Assembly (NCBI GenBank): GCA_963773065.1
Contig: CAVYZN010000006.1
Span: forward strand, 64,001 to 128,000
Origin: an uncultured Gammaproteobacteria bacterium
Lineage (GTDB): Bacteria; Pseudomonadota; Gammaproteobacteria; UBA9214
DNA: 64,000 nucleotides
Direction of reading: 5' to 3'
Of the stretch, positions 23,159-35,326 are shown one piece after another. The notes under the pieces are model-generated. The model was not told the DNA's origin and made no database searches. It was given only the letters and a program-made list of their open reading frames with translations. Positions within the stretch are counted from its first letter, which is position 1; every line of letters begins with the position of its first letter. The translations under genes and the position numbers were made by a program.

Positions 23159-24387
23159 GTGAGCGAAAACTCCTGCCATATCGCCATTCTACTGAAATCC
23201 CTGCGGGGCGGCGGAGCGGAGCGCGTGCTGCTGACACTGGCGGCCGAATTCGCAAGGCGGGGACACCGTGTCGAGCTGCTCCTGGGGCAAATGCACGGTC
23301 CGCTAAAGAAGGCGCTTCCCGGGGGCGTCGAAGTGCGCGAACTCGAGGTGTGTTCGCTGCCGCGTCTCGTCCCTGCGCTCGCACGGCTGCCGCGGCAGGA
23401 CTGGGCAGGGTCAGTCGCAATGCTGCTGAAGAAGGTCCCGAAAATCGTTCGCACGCTGCCGGCACTGGAAGGCTATCTCAGGGAGCGGCGCCCCAATGTC
23501 CTGCTTTCTACGCTGCCCAAGGCCAACATCGTGGCAGCCTGGGCCCGCCGACTCGCGGCGACCGACACTGCGCTGGTGTTGCGGGAAGCAAACCAGTTTT
23601 CCGTGGCGCTGAATCCGGACAACAAATTCGACCGGCTGCTGCCGAAGCTTGCGCGCCGCTGGTACTGGGAGGCGGACGGCATCATTGCCGTTTCGGAGGG
23701 GGTGCGCGCGGATCTGGCCGCTACCCTGGCAATTCCGGCCGGCGAGATCGTGCCGATACTCAATCCCGTCGACGCTGTCGCGTATACGGGACCCTGTGCC
23801 AGCAGAGACCGGCGGAAGCGGACGAATGGCCGCCCGCGGAGCCGTTCGTGCTGGCGGTCGGCAAGCTGACGCCACAAAAGGACTACGATACCCTGCTCAG
23901 GGCGTTTGCGCGGGTCCGCGAAAAGCACCCTGTGCGTCTCGTCATCCTGGGCGAAGGCCAGGAAGAGGGCAGGCTGCGGTCACTGGCTGCAGAGCTGGGC
24001 ATTGCCGAACAGGTGCAACTGCCGGGGCACGTCGACAATCCCTATGCCTATATGCGGCAGGCAAGTATGTTCGTGCTGTCGTCGGCCTGGGAGGGCTGCC
24101 CCAATGTGCTGCTCGAGGCGCTGGCCTGCGGAAGCCCCGTTGTGAGTACCGACTGCCCCAGTGGTCCGAAAGAGATACTCGCGAATGGCAAATACGGTAA
24201 ACTGGTGCCGGTCCGCGACGAGGCGGCGCTGGCGTCAGCAATGGAGGCAGTCCTCGATGGCGACGCAATACGATACTCGCCCGCGACTGCTCTCGGGGAT
24301 TACACCATCGAACGGGTTGCGGACCGCTACCTGGAGGTGTTCGAACGCGCCATGGCCGGACAGTCTTCCAGGAGAATACGCCGATAA
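23159..24387 (+). CDS. GT4 glycosyltransferase; frameshift near 23775
   Basis: GGGAER, AVSEGV, GKLTPQKD and SSAWEGCPNVLLEALACG. Confidence 0.9.
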
Positions 24388-25601
24388 TTGTCAACCGCTT
24401 TCTCAACAGAAAACTCGCCCCCTCTCGAACGCAGAAAGTCCTTATCCTTCGGAGCGTCCAGCGTCCTGCAGATAGCATCGGCTAACTTGCATGCATCACC
24501 AACCGGTACCAGCTCTCCGTATTTGCCATTGTCCAGGATTTCGGCAGGGCCGCTGGGGCAATCCGTACTCACAACCTGGCAGCCACATAGCAGCGCCTCG
24601 ACCAGTACATTACCAAAACCCTCATAATCGGACGATAAAACAAACACGGCCGCCCTGTTGAGATAGGCAAACGGATTATCGACAAAACCCGGCATATCGA
24701 AATCAGGTTCCACACCAAGACGCCTGGCTTGCGCAATCAATGCCTGCCGAAGGCATCGTTGTTTATCCGACGTTACATTACCGCCCAGCAAAACAAGGCG
24801 TACATCGCGTTGCTGCCTTACCTTGGCAAATGCATCCAGCAACAGCGGAAAGTTTTTCTCTGCGGCAAAACGACCCATCCCGAGAATGACCGGTGCGCCA
24901 TCTGCCCCGAACCAGGGATGGTCCGGCACCGCCTCGCATAAAACACGTATATCCCGGGTCGCTATGGGATTATAGACACTGGTTACCCGTTCCCGAAGCA
25001 GACCAAGATATTCACTAACATCCTTTTCCGCACCCCGGGAAACGGCAATAACTACATCTGCCTGATGGTAATACCTGCGGATCATGGTCAACCAGTAGTT
25101 ATCAAGCATCTCATTCTCTTCTTTAGCCATTCGGCTCTGGGCGGAATAATTCACATGCACACCGACAGCGATGCGTGTAGCCCCGCCGCGGCTCCGTCCA
25201 GCCAGAACGGCATTGATGTTTGATTTCGGCAAGGCAGACAGCAGCGCTTGCGGTTGACGCGCCTTGAGATATTTGATAATTGCCGTCAGGGACTTGAAGG
25301 TACCGGGAAGCTTGCCCGTGCTGGCGAACATCGCCAGAACGGGCTTTACGCAGCCAGGGTCGACAAAAAATGCAGCAACCACGCCGCGCAATGACGACGT
25401 AGCCCTGAGTTGGACCAGATTGACATTGGGTGGTATCCGGTCCTTCAGTTCCCCTTTCATTTTGCAGACCAGGAGGTCCACGACATAGCCTGCGGAGGCA
25501 AAACCACTCGCCAGGTTCAGAATCACTCTCTCGGCACCACCCCCCGAGAGGTTATCCAGTAGAAAGGCAATACGCACTGGCTGTGTATTTTGGGCGGTCA
25601 A
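24327..25601 (-). CDS. GT4 glycosyltransferase, convergent paralogue
   Basis: GGGAER, GRFAAEKN and SSDYEGFGNVLVEALLCG. Confidence 0.92.
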   Translation of the reverse strand: MTAQNTQPVRIAFLLDNLSGGGAERVILNLASGFASAGYVVDLLVCKMKGELKDRIPPNVNLVQLRATSSLRGVVAAFFVDPGCVKPVLAMFASTGKLPGTFKSLTAIIKYLKARQPQALLSALPKSNINAVLAGRSRGGATRIAVGVHVNYSAQSRMAKEENEMLDNYWLTMIRRYYHQADVVIAVSRGAEKDVSEYLGLLRERVTSVYNPIATRDIRVLCEAVPDHPWFGADGAPVILGMGRFAAEKNFPLLLDAFAKVRQQRDVRLVLLGGNVTSDKQRCLRQALIAQARRLGVEPDFDMPGFVDNPFAYLNRAAVFVLSSDYEGFGNVLVEALLCGCQVVSTDCPSGPAEILDNGKYGELVPVGDACKLADAICRTLDAPKDKDFLRSRGGEFSVEKAVDNYRRILLEDCPAMARSNTSR

Positions 25602-25787
25602 CTGCCGGCTACTCTCCGCTAAATCTGTCCATTACGAGAGCTGACAGTGCATCCCTGTTTGGTAGTGTCAGGAATATTTCGCAGCCACACGGGTCCCGGG
25701 CAGGTCGAGATCCCGCAGCAAATACATTTTGAGGCAGTGTTTCGTTCCTCATTGGATATCGGCAGTGATCTTTATTGTGGAGTGGGG

Positions 25788-27038
25788 TTAGCGTGAATAT
25801 GCCGTGTTCTCTCCTGTATCATGCTCGCTACCCGTATCTGTATCCGCCAGCCTCCTGGATGGCGTTTGATAACTGATCAACAGTGCCAATGGAAACCAGA
25901 AGAGCATCCATTGATCCCGTGGTCGCGAAATAAGGCTATTAACGCCTGTCTGCATGACCAATACGCAAAACACCAGTATAGCGAGAATAGTGAAGTTTCC
26001 AGTCTCTTTGCCGAGGCGATGGGCGTGCCACAAGGCGCTGCCAATCAGCAGCAGTAGTAATCCCATCCCGATTATGCCGCCTTGCCAGAGTGCCTGGAGA
26101 AATGCATTATGTCCGATCCCGAAATCACTTCCATCGACAAGATAACTCATCGGAGTAATCAGTCCCTGGCCAAAAAACGGTGCTTGCCGGATATCCACGA
26201 GCATGGCCTGCCAGATCAAGGGCCGTATACCCGCTCCACGGGTCCATGCCATTTCCAGCGGATTCGGGAATATGGCGATCAGTAACACCAGTGCGCAGGC
26301 TGTCATTATGGCGACCCATGTCTTGTTATGCTTCTCGCCAATAAAGGCAAGAAGGAACAGGGCTGCGAACAGGGACGCGAAGGCGGTTCGGCTTTGACCA
26401 AACCAGATAAGACAGATGAAGCAGAGTACCGCCAGTGTGTACAAGACTCGCGCATATTTCATTTCTGCCTTCAGCCCGTAGCCCGTTGCCAGCAGGGCAA
26501 ATACGCCAAGTACATTGGCGTATTCATTAACGTTGGTCAGGGACCCTATACCCTCTGCCCGGGCCGTCGGGACGCTATGGGTGTGATAAGAGGCGATCAG
26601 GGAGGCCACGGCTGCAACGGCTGCAACGGCTGCAACGGCAATGCAAACGCGGAGCATGTGGTGGAAACCGGTTGGAAAACGAGTGCGCAGTACGTGGGTA
26701 ACCGCAAAAAAGGTCAGCAGGTAAAATGATATGGTCAGCATCTGTCCAAACCGGTAAAGTTCGAACGGGCTACTCCATGCGGCTGTCGTAAGCATATACA
26801 GCATGTACAAGATCGCTATCTTGAATACGGGGTGGTGTCGTGTCTCCCTCAGGCCATCCCCGAGCACAAGAATTCCGGGAATGACAACTGCTTTGGCGTA
26901 GAACCTGTAGTGGTCGTTGTAGTCGGGGAACAGGTAGTAGCCGATGGTGAATAAGAAGTAAGTAAACAATAGCACCCAGAGCATCAGCGGCTTCACTCGT
27001 TGGTAGATGCTGGATGCAGATATCTTCATTGCGTGCAT
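25788..27038 (-). CDS. O-antigen ligase (WaaL-like) family membrane protein
   Basis: Many TM segments, QSRTA, R..IW, PFFGQG and GHNAFLQALWQGGIIG. Contains a 9-bp tandem repeat GCTGCAACG x3 at 26611-26637. Confidence 0.85.
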   Translation of the reverse strand: MHAMKISASSIYQRVKPLMLWVLLFTYFLFTIGYYLFPDYNDHYRFYAKAVVIPGILVLGDGLRETRHHPVFKIAILYMLYMLTTAAWSSPFELYRFGQMLTISFYLLTFFAVTHVLRTRFPTGFHHMLRVCIAVAAVAAVAAVASLIASYHTHSVPTARAEGIGSLTNVNEYANVLGVFALLATGYGLKAEMKYARVLYTLAVLCFICLIWFGQSRTAFASLFAALFLLAFIGEKHNKTWVAIMTACALVLLIAIFPNPLEMAWTRGAGIRPLIWQAMLVDIRQAPFFGQGLITPMSYLVDGSDFGIGHNAFLQALWQGGIIGMGLLLLLIGSALWHAHRLGKETGNFTILAILVFCVLVMQTGVNSLISRPRDQWMLFWFPLALLISYQTPSRRLADTDTGSEHDTGENTAYSR

Positions 27039-27524
27039 GGCATGCGGATAATATGTTCAATATCCCCATGCGTAAAGCGTGCCGGGCGAGAAGTCCCGTT
27101 CTTTCCATTTTACCACCACTTCCAACCCCACCGCGAAAAGAACCGGGCTGCAGAAGTAACAAACATGGCAATATGCCTGCCCCCCTTTCTGGCTGCATTC
27201 CCGCCACTGTGGGTAATACATATTGAGGGTACATAGGCAATGCTTGCAATACCTTTCATTCGCATACACATGTCGAAATCTTCAAAATACAGGAAGTAAC
27301 GTTCATCGAAACCACCCAGCCTTTTCAGTACCTCGGTACGCCGCAGATCGCAGCCTCGGCCCTCCCGCCTTCGCCAAGCCGATCATCCACCGGCCTCGTA
27401 TACAGTGTTCCCCTGTTCCCCCGAGTTCCGACCCGTTCGAGACCCTTTCCCCGTCTCGGGAAGTCCCGACAACCGGGCCCGACAACCGCCTCTGTAGATC
27501 GAAAAACCCGTTGAATCGCCTACA

Positions 27525-27695
27525 ACCCAGGGCCATGCAGATTGCAATCCCTCCGGTGCGGGGTATAGGCGTAGCGTGCAGAGACCGCTCGTTGGGCAGG
27601 TCAAGAATCCGGATAGGTGAATCAAACCGGGTCAGCCGCCGAGTCAGGGCTGCGGATAGCAGGTCTATCATCCCAGCTACAACTACAACAAGCAT
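27525..27695 (-). pseudogene. N-terminal relic of a MraY/WecA-family (Glycos_transf_4) transferase
   Basis: ILDLPNERSLHATPIPRTGGIAI matches the longer paralogue at 39225 (VLDIPNERSLHTQPTPRTGGVAI), then breaks off. Confidence 0.8.
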
Positions 27696-27773
27696 CTTGA
27701 TGACAATCCTATGGCATGTTCACAATGCGTGGGCCCACATATCACTGACATCGACAAGCGCATCATGGGCCAG

Positions 27774-28184
27774 TCACGCCACCAGTATGACCACGATGGC
27801 GGCCCGTCTCAGCCAGTGCACGAATATACTCGGATGCACCGCGGCCGTGATCGCCGTCGAATCGAACAACATGCGACAACTTACCTGTGCTCCATGTGCA
27901 AGCCTGTCCCGCAGGGTATCGTCGGTCAGGATACGCCGCATGGCTGCAGCGAGCGCGTCGGCAGACCGTGGCTCCACCAACAGACCTGTCTCACCATCCA
28001 CGATCGCATCCACCAAGCCAACAATACGTGTTCCTATTGTGGGAACACCCATGGCGGCCGCCTCGACCACAATAGTACCAAAGCCTTCCCGATAACTCGG
28101 CAGACAGAGGACATCCGCTATGGCCAGTACTCGCTCGGGTTCATCTGTGAAGCCCACATAATGCACGCTCGATTTTGAGCGCAT
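27774..28184 (-). pseudogene. C-terminal relic of a GT4 glycosyltransferase
   Basis: GFTDEPE..LAIADVLCLPSYREGFGTIVVEAAAMG; no N-terminal domain upstream. Confidence 0.8.
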
Positions 28185-28484
28185 TCTACAACAACAAGTG
28201 TGTCGCTACTCTCGTGAAGCATTTCGGCCATCCTGTCCCCGAAATGCACTCGACTGACGCGACAGCCGATAAGCCCCGGCACGTCCTGCGGCTGAGAAAC
28301 GCCACAGTGATTTAACGGCGCTATAGGGCTGGCTGCTGCGCCCGCCAGCCCCGCGCCTACCGGGGTGGGCTCCTCGCCTCGGCCTGAGGCCTTCCATGGC
28401 TCGTCAAGTGAGATCGCAACAAGCACAGGATTACCGTTTGGCAATCATTTGACCGGCAAAATCACGCGCTGGTGACCAATACCT

Positions 28485-29233
28485 TCATATGTGGAAGTAT
28501 TCCAGCAGCTTGGCCGGGTACTTGGAGAGAATCTTCAGCATGTTAGTTTTGATGCTATTTTCCCTGCAGGCGCGAAGAACTTCCCGATTAAGCAGGAGAG
28601 TGTTGCGCCAGCCACCTGTGCTGATGCCGCCGGTTCGCATCCGCACCAGCACTTCCGGAAGATGGCGGTAACGCAGCGTGTTTTTTCCGAAGGCACGGGC
28701 AACGAACTCAAAATCGCCTGCGATGCGGTAGTCCGTGCGAAACGCCCCGATCCGTTGGAACAAATCCCTTCGCACAAACATCGCTGGATGGGCTGGCATC
28801 CAACCCCATTTGATGCGTTCTGGTCGAAAACGCGCTGAAGAATAACGACGTAAAGTGCAGCCTGATTCTCCGAACGGAAAAACACCACATCACCGAACAG
28901 GGCGTCTAGGTGCTCACGCTCCATAACCTCAGCCACCGCAGCGAGAACGTTCTGATGGGCATAGACATCGTCGGCATTGAGGAATCCGATCACATCCCCG
29001 CTGGCCAGTGCAATACCCTTGTTCATCGCATCGTAGATGCCATGATCAGGCTCGGAGACGAACTTGCTTACGCACCTCCCGTGCCGCGCCACAACATCCT
29101 GAGTGCCATCAGTGGATGCCCCGTCCACTACGATGTACTCCACCTCGTCATGGTTCTGCGCGGACACCGAACGCAGGGTGTCTTCAATGGTTTGCGCGCT
29201 GTTATGGCAAACCGTGATTATAGAAAATCTCAT
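28485..29233 (-). CDS. GT2 glycosyltransferase (WcaE-like); frameshifted
   Basis: SIITVCHN, VDGASTDGT, GIYDAMNKG, FLNADD and PAHPA. Confidence 0.9.
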
Positions 29234-29263
29234 AACATTGAATCTTTCGGTTCAAGTGCGCGG

Positions 29264-30009
29264 TCATGACACATTTTTCCGGCGCCTGTTCAAGAAATGA
29301 TGAAGGCCGCGCAGAAGCAGATTCCTGGCTAGACGCCAGCGCCAAGTAATTTTTTGCATGACGGGTGCGCCAACCGAGGGACTTAGGTTGCTTCCATGAC
29401 GGCGATAAGCGATGAGCGGCTGGTCGATGTAATGAGTCTTGCCGAAAATTTCATTGACCAAACCAAACCACATATCGTGCATCGGCACATCATCAGGAAT
29501 GGGTAAAAAACGATCCAGCATCGATCGCCGAAAAGCCATAGTGCAGCCGAGATATTTGTTCTTGAGCAGGTTGGGTAAAACACCCGCGACAAAGCGCCCA
29601 CGCTGCGCAAAAAAAGACTGGGCAACGACGCAACCCGACTCGTCAATGATCTGGGATCGCTGACCACAAGCGTTATTTCCGGGTTTAACGAAAACACTGC
29701 GATGATTTTGTCCACCTTTCCTGGCAACCACAGATCATCCTGATCGCTCAGAAACACAATGTCACCCTGTGCTAGCCTCAAGCCCTTCTCAAACGTAGCC
29801 AAAACGCCCAGATTTTTCTCATTGCGATGCACATGCAGCCTGGTGTCAGACAAACTGCGCAACAGTTTTTCCGATTCGTCTTGCGAGGCATCATCCACAA
29901 TCACAAGTTCATCATCCTCCCGCAACTGCGTCAGGATGGAATGCATTTGAGGTAGAAGATGAGCTGCGCCATTGTAAACGGCCATGCAGACGGATATTTT
30001 CATTTCCAT
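29264..30009 (-). CDS. GT2 glycosyltransferase (rhamnosyltransferase-like); frameshifted
   Basis: SVCMAVYNG, FLSDQDDLW, GCTMAF, MHDMW and YRRHG.N. Confidence 0.9.
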
Positions 30010-30012
30010 GAC

Positions 30013-31319
30013 CTACGCGGCACGTCGATCGAAAAACCGGGCCAGCCTTTCACTCCCCCAGGAAGGAAAGTCGCGACTCTGATCGCTGCTCGCCGTCCGA
30101 GCATCCAATGACCCCACGGCAACCATTGCGATCATTACGACTGACATACCAATGGGATTAGTCAGGAAAGGGTTAGTGAAACTCACCACATACACAAAAG
30201 CAGCTGCCATGAAATAGGGCATAGCAAGAGACCGGCGCTCCGCATCGCGGATAACGCGCATTCGCCAAGCCAAATAAACGGCCGGCAGAAACCAGAAGAT
30301 AATTCCTGCTATACCCTGCTTAATAAAACACATTGGGTACGACATCTCGATGATCTGTCGGCCAAAAACATCAGCACCAAAACCTCGTCCGAACAGCACC
30401 GTTATTACACCTGCCATTGCCTTTGGCGCACCTGCCATTGCCTTTGGCGCATCTGCCATTGCTTTTGACGCATCTACCATTGCCTTTAGATCATTCATGC
30501 GTATCGCATTCGATTGCGCTGCAGACGGTAACGCCTCATTGATGCTTACAGCACCCATAACACCCGCAAGCAGAAATCCAGCCGCAAGCGCTGTTCCTTT
30601 GAGCCGATCGTCAGGGCCACCCGTGTAAAAAAACGCCCACGCCGCCAAAACCATAAAAACAGCCAGCCACATGCCGCGCGTCATGGTCAGCGCAATCGTC
30701 AGCAACAGCATCAGCACCGCGCCACTCCAGTTCCGATTTTTTTCTACTATGAAAAAAAACACCCCAACGCCAACATACAACTCCGCCTTGAAGAAAAATG
30801 TGGTGCCCCCCCGAAACAGGAATTCAGCCTCAGCCGTATGGGCAGGGTTCAGCCAATCGTACATTTGCACGGTTGTCAGAAAACCAAATTTCCAGATCGC
30901 CATAACGATCAGATACAAGATTGCGAGGGACAAGGCTGAGAACTTCAAGAGCCTGCCAACGAGCAACACATCATTCACACTACGCACGGTGATAGCGAAA
31001 AACGGCAACAGCAAGAAATAGGCAAGCGGCTTGAAATCTTTGAGCGCCGCCAAGACAGGTTGATTCTCCAGAGTCGAGATGAATGCGGAAACACCACTCA
31101 GGGCAACAAATACCCCAGTCAAGAAAACAAACTCGCGTGGTGTTTTTTCCCGAAGCAAAAGAGCCACCGCCGTATACGCCAACCCAAGACCGAACAACAC
31201 CATGCGCGGAGAAACCAAGCCGGTATCGAACAATCTGCCGCCACCGCCCAAGCTCACTTCAAGAATGATGAGCATCAACAATATTCTTCCGAGAGTCGCG
31301 GGGGGGGCGTGAGAAACAT
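30013..31319 (-). CDS. wzy: Putative O-antigen polymerase (Wzy-like membrane protein)
   Basis: About 11 TM segments, TRG motif, LFGRGFG and FTNPFL; lies in a wzx-GT operon. The start at 31319 needs a 1-nt correction in a G-run. Confidence 0.65.
30407..30487 (-). repeat. 21-bp coding tandem repeat, about 4 copies
   Basis: Encodes KAMVDAS-KAMADAP-KAMAGAP-KAMAGVI within the Wzy-like loop. Confidence 0.85.
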
Positions 31320-32217
31320 TATTTTTCCGCTCTTACTGCAAGGGTCGAACGATTCAAACGCAGATGCCTTACCAAGGTGGCTAAAGTGGGAGAGAATAGT
31401 CTGCGTCTATCAGGCAAAACAAACATCTTGATCGCACGCATAAAGAGTCTGAAATCGTAAATCAGGTTTTCTATCGGCGACTTGCAACATCGATAAAACT
31501 GACTTTCCGCCAACAAAATGTTTTTGTATCGGGCAACCGGCATACTCCCCATGCTTCTAACCGATAGCTCATGTGGCAACTCGGCATCCAACACATGAAC
31601 CAGATATCCCGCACGATGTAGTCGATTGAAAAGCCAGTGATCCAAATAATCCAGCCAGAATTCAGGATTAAACCCCCCCATCTCGCGAACCGCAGAAATT
31701 CGCAACAACGTGCCCGAGTTAAGCGCCACGATTTCCCATGGAGCGATACCGCTCAATGTTTTATCGACAGGTGAACCACCCCCCCCACAAAACCCGCGCC
31801 GGAGAAATTATTTTATTTTCCGCCACTAGCTTTGGTGCCAAAGCCGCGCACCGTCGATTACCAGCCAACTCGCGCAGACTGCGCCAGAGCGTTGTCAGGT
31901 AGTCCGGGTCAATCACGGTGTCCTGATCCAACAGCAACAACCACTCATTTCCCTCTTTTTCGGCCATGTTCAAAGCCGCATTGTATGCCGCAACCAAGCC
32001 GCCATTGGCAGGGTCATGAATGCATGAAAACGGTATAGGCGGGGTGTCCGGCACAGCCGATTGAGACGGGCTGTTGTCATAAATCAGGAGCCTGAACTGG
32101 CATGCTAATCCCGACGCATTCAGCGCCTGGAAAAACGATACCATGGCCAGGTTGTAGGGAAGCCTCTATCTGATATAAAACCAGAACAACTAAAATCGGC
32201 GGTCTAGCTATTGTCAC
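31319..32217 (-). CDS. GT2 glycosyltransferase (rhamnosyltransferase-like); frameshifted
   Basis: VVLVLY, IYDNS, N.GLVAAYN, LLLDQDT, NSG and FWLDYLDH. Confidence 0.85.
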
Positions 32218-32257
32218 ACCGTTGCCGTCATACCTTCCCCCAGCTGAGCACAATGGG

Positions 32258-33302
32258 TTACTTCCGGCAGACAAGTACCGCCTCCTCTCCGCCATGTTGG
32301 CTGGACAATAAAACAAGCCGCCACCCCAAGCCCAGTGCTTTCACATGGCTGAGGATGTGGCGAACTGGGGCGACTCGCCCACCCATGACATGTTTTTGGC
32401 CTGCGGCCAGCTCTGTGGAGGCTAGGTCTTGGTAGACAAAACCATTCATGGACGTGAACGTTTCAACAACGGCATAATCTGCGCGACCCGCGATGCTGGC
32501 CAGCGACTTGGGCGTAAATATTTGCAAATGGCGCGGGGGGTCCAGCGAACGCCAGTTTCGCCCATAATGTCTATGCACCGGCGAATCTGCGTTCGGCGTA
32601 AGCGCAACCACAACGCCTCCCTTTTTGAGAATTCTGCGGCATTCGACCAGCAATTCAACGGGCGATGGAACATGCTCAATCACATGACTCATCACCACCG
32701 CATCAAAGCTTTCATCGGCAAAGGCCTGTGCGAACAATTGCCCATGACGCACATCCAGCCCTTTGCTTCTGGCATGGCTGACAGCACCCTCGTCAAAATC
32801 CAGGCCCGTCACATGCCAGCCCTTTTGTTGCATCAATTGCAGCGCAGCGCCGCTGCCACAACCGATTTCCAGCAAGCGGCCACTAGGTTTTGCATGAAGG
32901 TGGAAAACGCTGGATTCCAGACTGTCTCTCCAGACCGGATGCAAATAGGCAGCTAAGCCCAGCAGTTTATCTACCCAGGATGACGAGAGGGGTTTATACC
33001 CATAATGGGCATGAAGATACTCAGCCGACCCGGCTCAGCAGCTCCCGCAAAGGGTTGCCGGGGGGAGGGGGCGAAGCGGTCTGGTGAGTGTAATAACTAG
33101 CGTAAAGCTTGGGCAGGTCGGCTTCCGCAGGCATCGGGTCAAGCCACAGTGTACCACAGTCCGGGTTGTTGCACTTGCTCATACCCCACGCGCCCGGCAC
33201 ATTAAAAACCGGGTCGGTCAGTCCTCGATATAACGAGCTGCCCGGTGATCCGCAGACGGGACAAACAGGGCAGGGGCGGGTTTGGATTACGTTGTTTTGC
33301 AT
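32258..33302 (-). CDS. Class I SAM-dependent methyltransferase with an N-terminal Cys-rich (Zn) region; frameshifted
   Basis: CPVCG...C....C, LEIGCGSG, SHVIEHVPSP, TPN and PPRHL. Confidence 0.88.
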
Positions 33303-33338
33303 GGCTGTATGGAATAGCGATCAGGTTCGAAGAAAACG

Positions 33339-34814
33339 TCACGCCACTTTTTGGATTGCGGTTTTTTCATTGAGCGTGACTGAGAAATAATAGCCTGTGA
33401 TGATGAGCGCAAGAATCGCCAGGCCGGTAAAAATCAGCTTCCCGGTCATTTCATTCAGCGTCATTCCGATAGCAAACAGGGCTAACGGCGTTACGAGCAG
33501 CGGGAATATCTGTCTGCTGGCAGCGGCTATATTACCGGCCAGACGATGCGCCACCAGTGTCAGCAGCGCTGCATCCATGGCGGCTCGCAACAGCCAGGCG
33601 ATGGCTACACCCGTAATGCCGAAACTATCCATCAGCCCATACATCAGAGCAAGGTACACGGGCAGCTCCAGCAGGTGCAGCTTGGCCGTGATATCTGCAC
33701 GCCCGATTCCCTGAATGAATGCGAACGGCACATGGGCATAGCTGTTCAGGAAAACACCTATGGCGAGCCATTGCAAAACGGCGGCACTCTTTTGTGCAAA
33801 GTCCACACCCAGCCACAGATGCAGCCCCTCGTCAGCAAAAACCACCAGCACCAGTACGATGGGTGACAGGATTCCCAGGATGGCGCGCCCCCCCATTGAA
33901 TACAGGGTTGCCGCATGACCCGATCCACTAGCTTTTGCCGCAGCAAAAGTCGGGAAAAGTACCGCCACCACGGCTGCCGGTATGGCCAAAAGCCGGGTGA
34001 CCATTTCATAGGGCGTCACGTAGTAAGCCACAGCTGAAATGGTCAAAACCGCTCCGATGACGAAACGATCCATGTACACCATGAGCGGCCCGATGATGTT
34101 GGACACAGTCATCCAGCCACCGAAACTCAACAGCCCTCTGATTTCTGACCGTGCTATGCCTATATGCGCTCGCAACGAGGGGTAAGCGTGAAAACAGGCC
34201 GCCGCATGCAAGGTCAGAAAGAGGGTGCGAACAGCCAACAACCCGGCGCAGACATACGCCATACTTTTCGAATAGGGAAGAATGGCAAGGGGAACCAGGA
34301 AGAGCATCGAGCCCATCGGGATACGCAGGGCGTTGATCAAGTCGAAACGCTGCAACGCAGTAAGTATCCCGGCCAGACCGGCACTTAAAACTACCGCTGG
34401 GATGGCCGCCGCCAGCAGGGTAAACGCATCAATGGTTTCTTCCCTAAATGCCTCGGGCATGTTCAATACGGAAGTGACAAACCAGGGCGTCAGGGTGGTA
34501 ACGATAACCGCCCCAATCAATGACACGACGAGCATTATCAACAGGCCCGTCCAGGCTAATCTGGAGACATCCCGCGCAGAAGATATACCCAGCCGTTCGG
34601 CTATCGACTGGGTAATCGCCCGCCCGATTCCCATGTCAAACAGGCTGAAATAGCCAATGATCGCCCAAGCCAGCGTCAGCACCCCAAACCGCTCAACACC
34701 GAAGCCCCGCACAATCAGCGGTATTGCGATCAGCCCGACCAATAACGGGAGGCCAAAGCCTGCGAGGTTGATCAGCGAATTTTTAGCGAGATCTTTGCGC
34801 GACAAAAGATTCAC
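33339..34814 (-). CDS. wzx: Polysaccharide flippase (Wzx/MOP family)
   Basis: 491-aa multi-TM protein; FDMGIGRA, FGGWMTVSNIIGPLMVYMDRF and YYVTPYE. Confidence 0.9.
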   Translation of the reverse strand: MNLLSRKDLAKNSLINLAGFGLPLLVGLIAIPLIVRGFGVERFGVLTLAWAIIGYFSLFDMGIGRAITQSIAERLGISSARDVSRLAWTGLLIMLVVSLIGAVIVTTLTPWFVTSVLNMPEAFREETIDAFTLLAAAIPAVVLSAGLAGILTALQRFDLINALRIPMGSMLFLVPLAILPYSKSMAYVCAGLLAVRTLFLTLHAAACFHAYPSLRAHIGIARSEIRGLLSFGGWMTVSNIIGPLMVYMDRFVIGAVLTISAVAYYVTPYEMVTRLLAIPAAVVAVLFPTFAAAKASGSGHAATLYSMGGRAILGILSPIVLVLVVFADEGLHLWLGVDFAQKSAAVLQWLAIGVFLNSYAHVPFAFIQGIGRADITAKLHLLELPVYLALMYGLMDSFGITGVAIAWLLRAAMDAALLTLVAHRLAGNIAAASRQIFPLLVTPLALFAIGMTLNEMTGKLIFTGLAILALIITGYYFSVTLNEKTAIQKVA

Positions 34815-35009
34815 GTTTATTCACTCTTGTCCAAAATAGCAAATGACGCTGAGTCATCCTGGGGTGTAATGTAGAAATGCACCGCCAAACGGACTTTTAT
34901 CTCGGCACAGCCCAGGGTCGCCTCTTCCCACACAGGCTACTTTTCAACCTGATTATACCCATCCTCGTAGCGCACGCTGTCGCCCTCACCCTGAGACCTG
35001 CCCGGTCCG

Positions 35010-35106
35010 CCTCGCGCGTGCTCATCTGCACGATGAGCTGCCGGTGCAGCCATAGACTCGCGAACATCTCTACCAAAGAGGCATTGTGGATCTGATGCGG
35101 ACTCAC
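35010..35106 (-). pseudogene. N-terminal relic of an ABC-2 polysaccharide permease (Wzm-like)
   Basis: MSPHQIHNASLVEMFASLWLHRQLIVQMSTRE, then unrelated sequence. Confidence 0.65.
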
Positions 35107-35115
35107 GCCACACCC

Positions 35116-35270
35116 TCAACACCGATCATCAACATCCTGGAACCGCACAATATCATCCTCCCCCAGATACCCGCCCGACTGGACCTCGATGATCTCGAGC
35201 GGGATGGTTCCCGGATTTTCCAGGCGATGTTTCGCTCCCAGCGAGATGTAGGTCGACTGGCTCTCGCCAG
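35116..35270 (-). pseudogene. manC: Isolated 3' end of mannose-1-phosphate guanylyltransferase/isomerase
   Basis: [44 protein letters not shown]. Confidence 0.9.
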
Positions 35271-35326
35271 TATCCGTGCCGAAACCTGTCACAATTCTTC
35301 GATTCAACAACGCCATGCCCACCACG

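Noticed and set aside
27300-27525. Possible IS end (GTAGGCGATTCAACG, IS66-like) or CRISPR leader at the wecA-relic breakpoint
   Set aside because: There is no partner end, transposase or repeat array, so it cannot be supported.
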